DNA from: Macrostomum lignano
Lineage: Eukaryota
Length of the DNA: 64,000 bases
Direction of reading: 5' to 3'
Assembly: GCA_002269645.1 (NCBI GenBank)
Contig: NIVC01000034.1
Location: 124,001 to 188,000, forward strand
Positions 62,490 through 64,000 of the stretch are shown in pieces. Below the pieces are notes generated by a model. It was not told the origin of the DNA and made no database searches. It saw only the letters and a program-made list of their open reading frames with translations. Position numbers and translations under genes: made by a program. Position 1 is the first letter of the stretch; every line of letters begins with the position of its first letter.

Positions 62490-64000
62490 TTCAGATAATT
62501 CAGATACTTCAGGTACTTCAGACACTTCAGATACTTCAGGTACTTCAGATACTTCAGATACTTCAGACACTTCAGATACTTCAGACACTTCAGATACTTC
62601 AGACACTTCAGATACTTCAGACACTTCAAATACTTCAGACACTTCAGATACTTCAGACACTTCAGATACTTCAGACACTTCAGATAATTCAGATACTTCA
62701 GATACTTCAGATACTTCAGACACTTAAGACACTTCAGACACTTCAGACACTTCAGATACTTCAGACACTTCAGATAATTCAGACACTTCAGATACTTCAG
62801 ATACTTCAGACACTTCAGATACTTCAGATACTTCAGACACTTAAGACACTTCAGACACTTCAGATACTTCAGACACTTCAGATACTTCAGACACTTCAGA
62901 TACTTCAGACACTTCAGACACTTCAGATACTTCAGATACTTCAGACACTTCAGACACTTCAGACACTTCAGATACTTCAGACACTTCAGATAATTCAGAC
63001 ACTTCAGATACTTCAGATAATTCAGACACTTCAGATACTTCAAACACTTCAGACACATCAGATACTTCAGACACTTCAAATACTTCAGACACTTCAGATA
63101 CTTCAGACACTTCAGATACTTCAGACACTTCAGATAATTCAGATACTTCAGATAATTCAGATACTTCAGATACTTCAGACACTTCAGACACTTCAGATAC
63201 TTCAGATACTTCAGATAATTCAGATACTTCAGATACTTCAGACACTTCAGACACTTCAGATACTTCAGACACTTCAGATACTTCAGGCACTTCAGATACT
63301 TCAGACACTTCAGATACTTCAGACACTTCAGATACTTCAGATACTTCAGACACTTCAGATACTTCAGACACTTCAGATACTTCAGATACTTCAGATACTT
63401 CAGACACTTCAGATACTTCAGACACTTCAGACACTTCAGATACTTCAGATACTTCAGACACTTCAGATACTTCAGATACTTCAGACACTTCAGATAATTC
63501 AGACACTTCAGACACTTCAGATACTTCAGACACTTCAGATACTTCAGACACTTCAGATACTTCAGATACTTCAGACACTTCAGATACTTCAGACACTTCA
63601 GACACTTCAGACACTTCAGATAGTTCAGACACTTCAGATACTTCAGACACTTCAGATACTTCAGATACTTCAGACACTTCAGATACTTCAGATACTTCAG
63701 ACACTTCAGACACTTCAGATACTTCAGACACTTCAGACACTTCAGACACTTCAGATACTTCAGACACTTCAGATACTTCAGATACTTCAGACACTTTAGA
63801 TACTTCAGACACTTCAGACACTTCAGATACTTCAAATACTTCAGATACTTCAGATAATTCAGATAATTCAGATACTTCAGATACTTCAGACACTTCAGAC
63901 ACTTCAGATACTTCAGATACTTCAGATACTTCAGATACTTCAGACACTTCAGATACTTCAGACACTTCAGATACTTCAGACACTTCAGATACTTCAGATA
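62490..64000. repeat. 9-bp tandem repeat ACTTCAGA(T/C), more than 165 units, runs off the window
   Basis: Direct tandem periodicity. Confidence 0.97.

Noticed and set aside
62354-63983. Long ORFs (493, 438, 380 aa) over the 9-bp array
   Set aside because: Artefacts of a stop-free period divisible by three; they lie in an intron after a GTGAGG donor.

Overview
Repeat-rich eukaryotic (metazoan) genomic window with spliceosomal GT-AG genes and no prokaryotic features. GC-rich exons and introns packed with minisatellites are compatible with a free-living flatworm such as Macrostomum (inference only). Left to right: (1) a head-to-tail tandem array of non-autonomous Helitrons on the minus strand, each carrying two internal minisatellites and a tRNA-Gly-like Pol III unit; (2) the last exon of a dynamin/Mx-like gene; (3) a ~10-kb CACTA/EnSpm-type transposon with an intact 675-aa transposase and a divergently transcribed, intact six-exon 782-aa accessory gene built partly from coding tandem repeats; (4) an RTE-type LINE fragment, a disabled TAK1-like kinase and a disabled glycosyltransferase-like gene; (5) an intact three-exon lamin B receptor/delta14-sterol reductase gene; (6) a decayed DDE transposase and a cluster of nested MITEs and foldback elements; (7) eight in-phase exons of a calsyntenin gene. 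Seven of its eight introns hold 12 mutually unrelated private minisatellites; the introns also contain inverted SINE pairs and a dense MEF2/CRE/AP-1 site cluster. All family assignments come from motif recognition by eye; no database searches were run, and copy numbers are length/period estimates.
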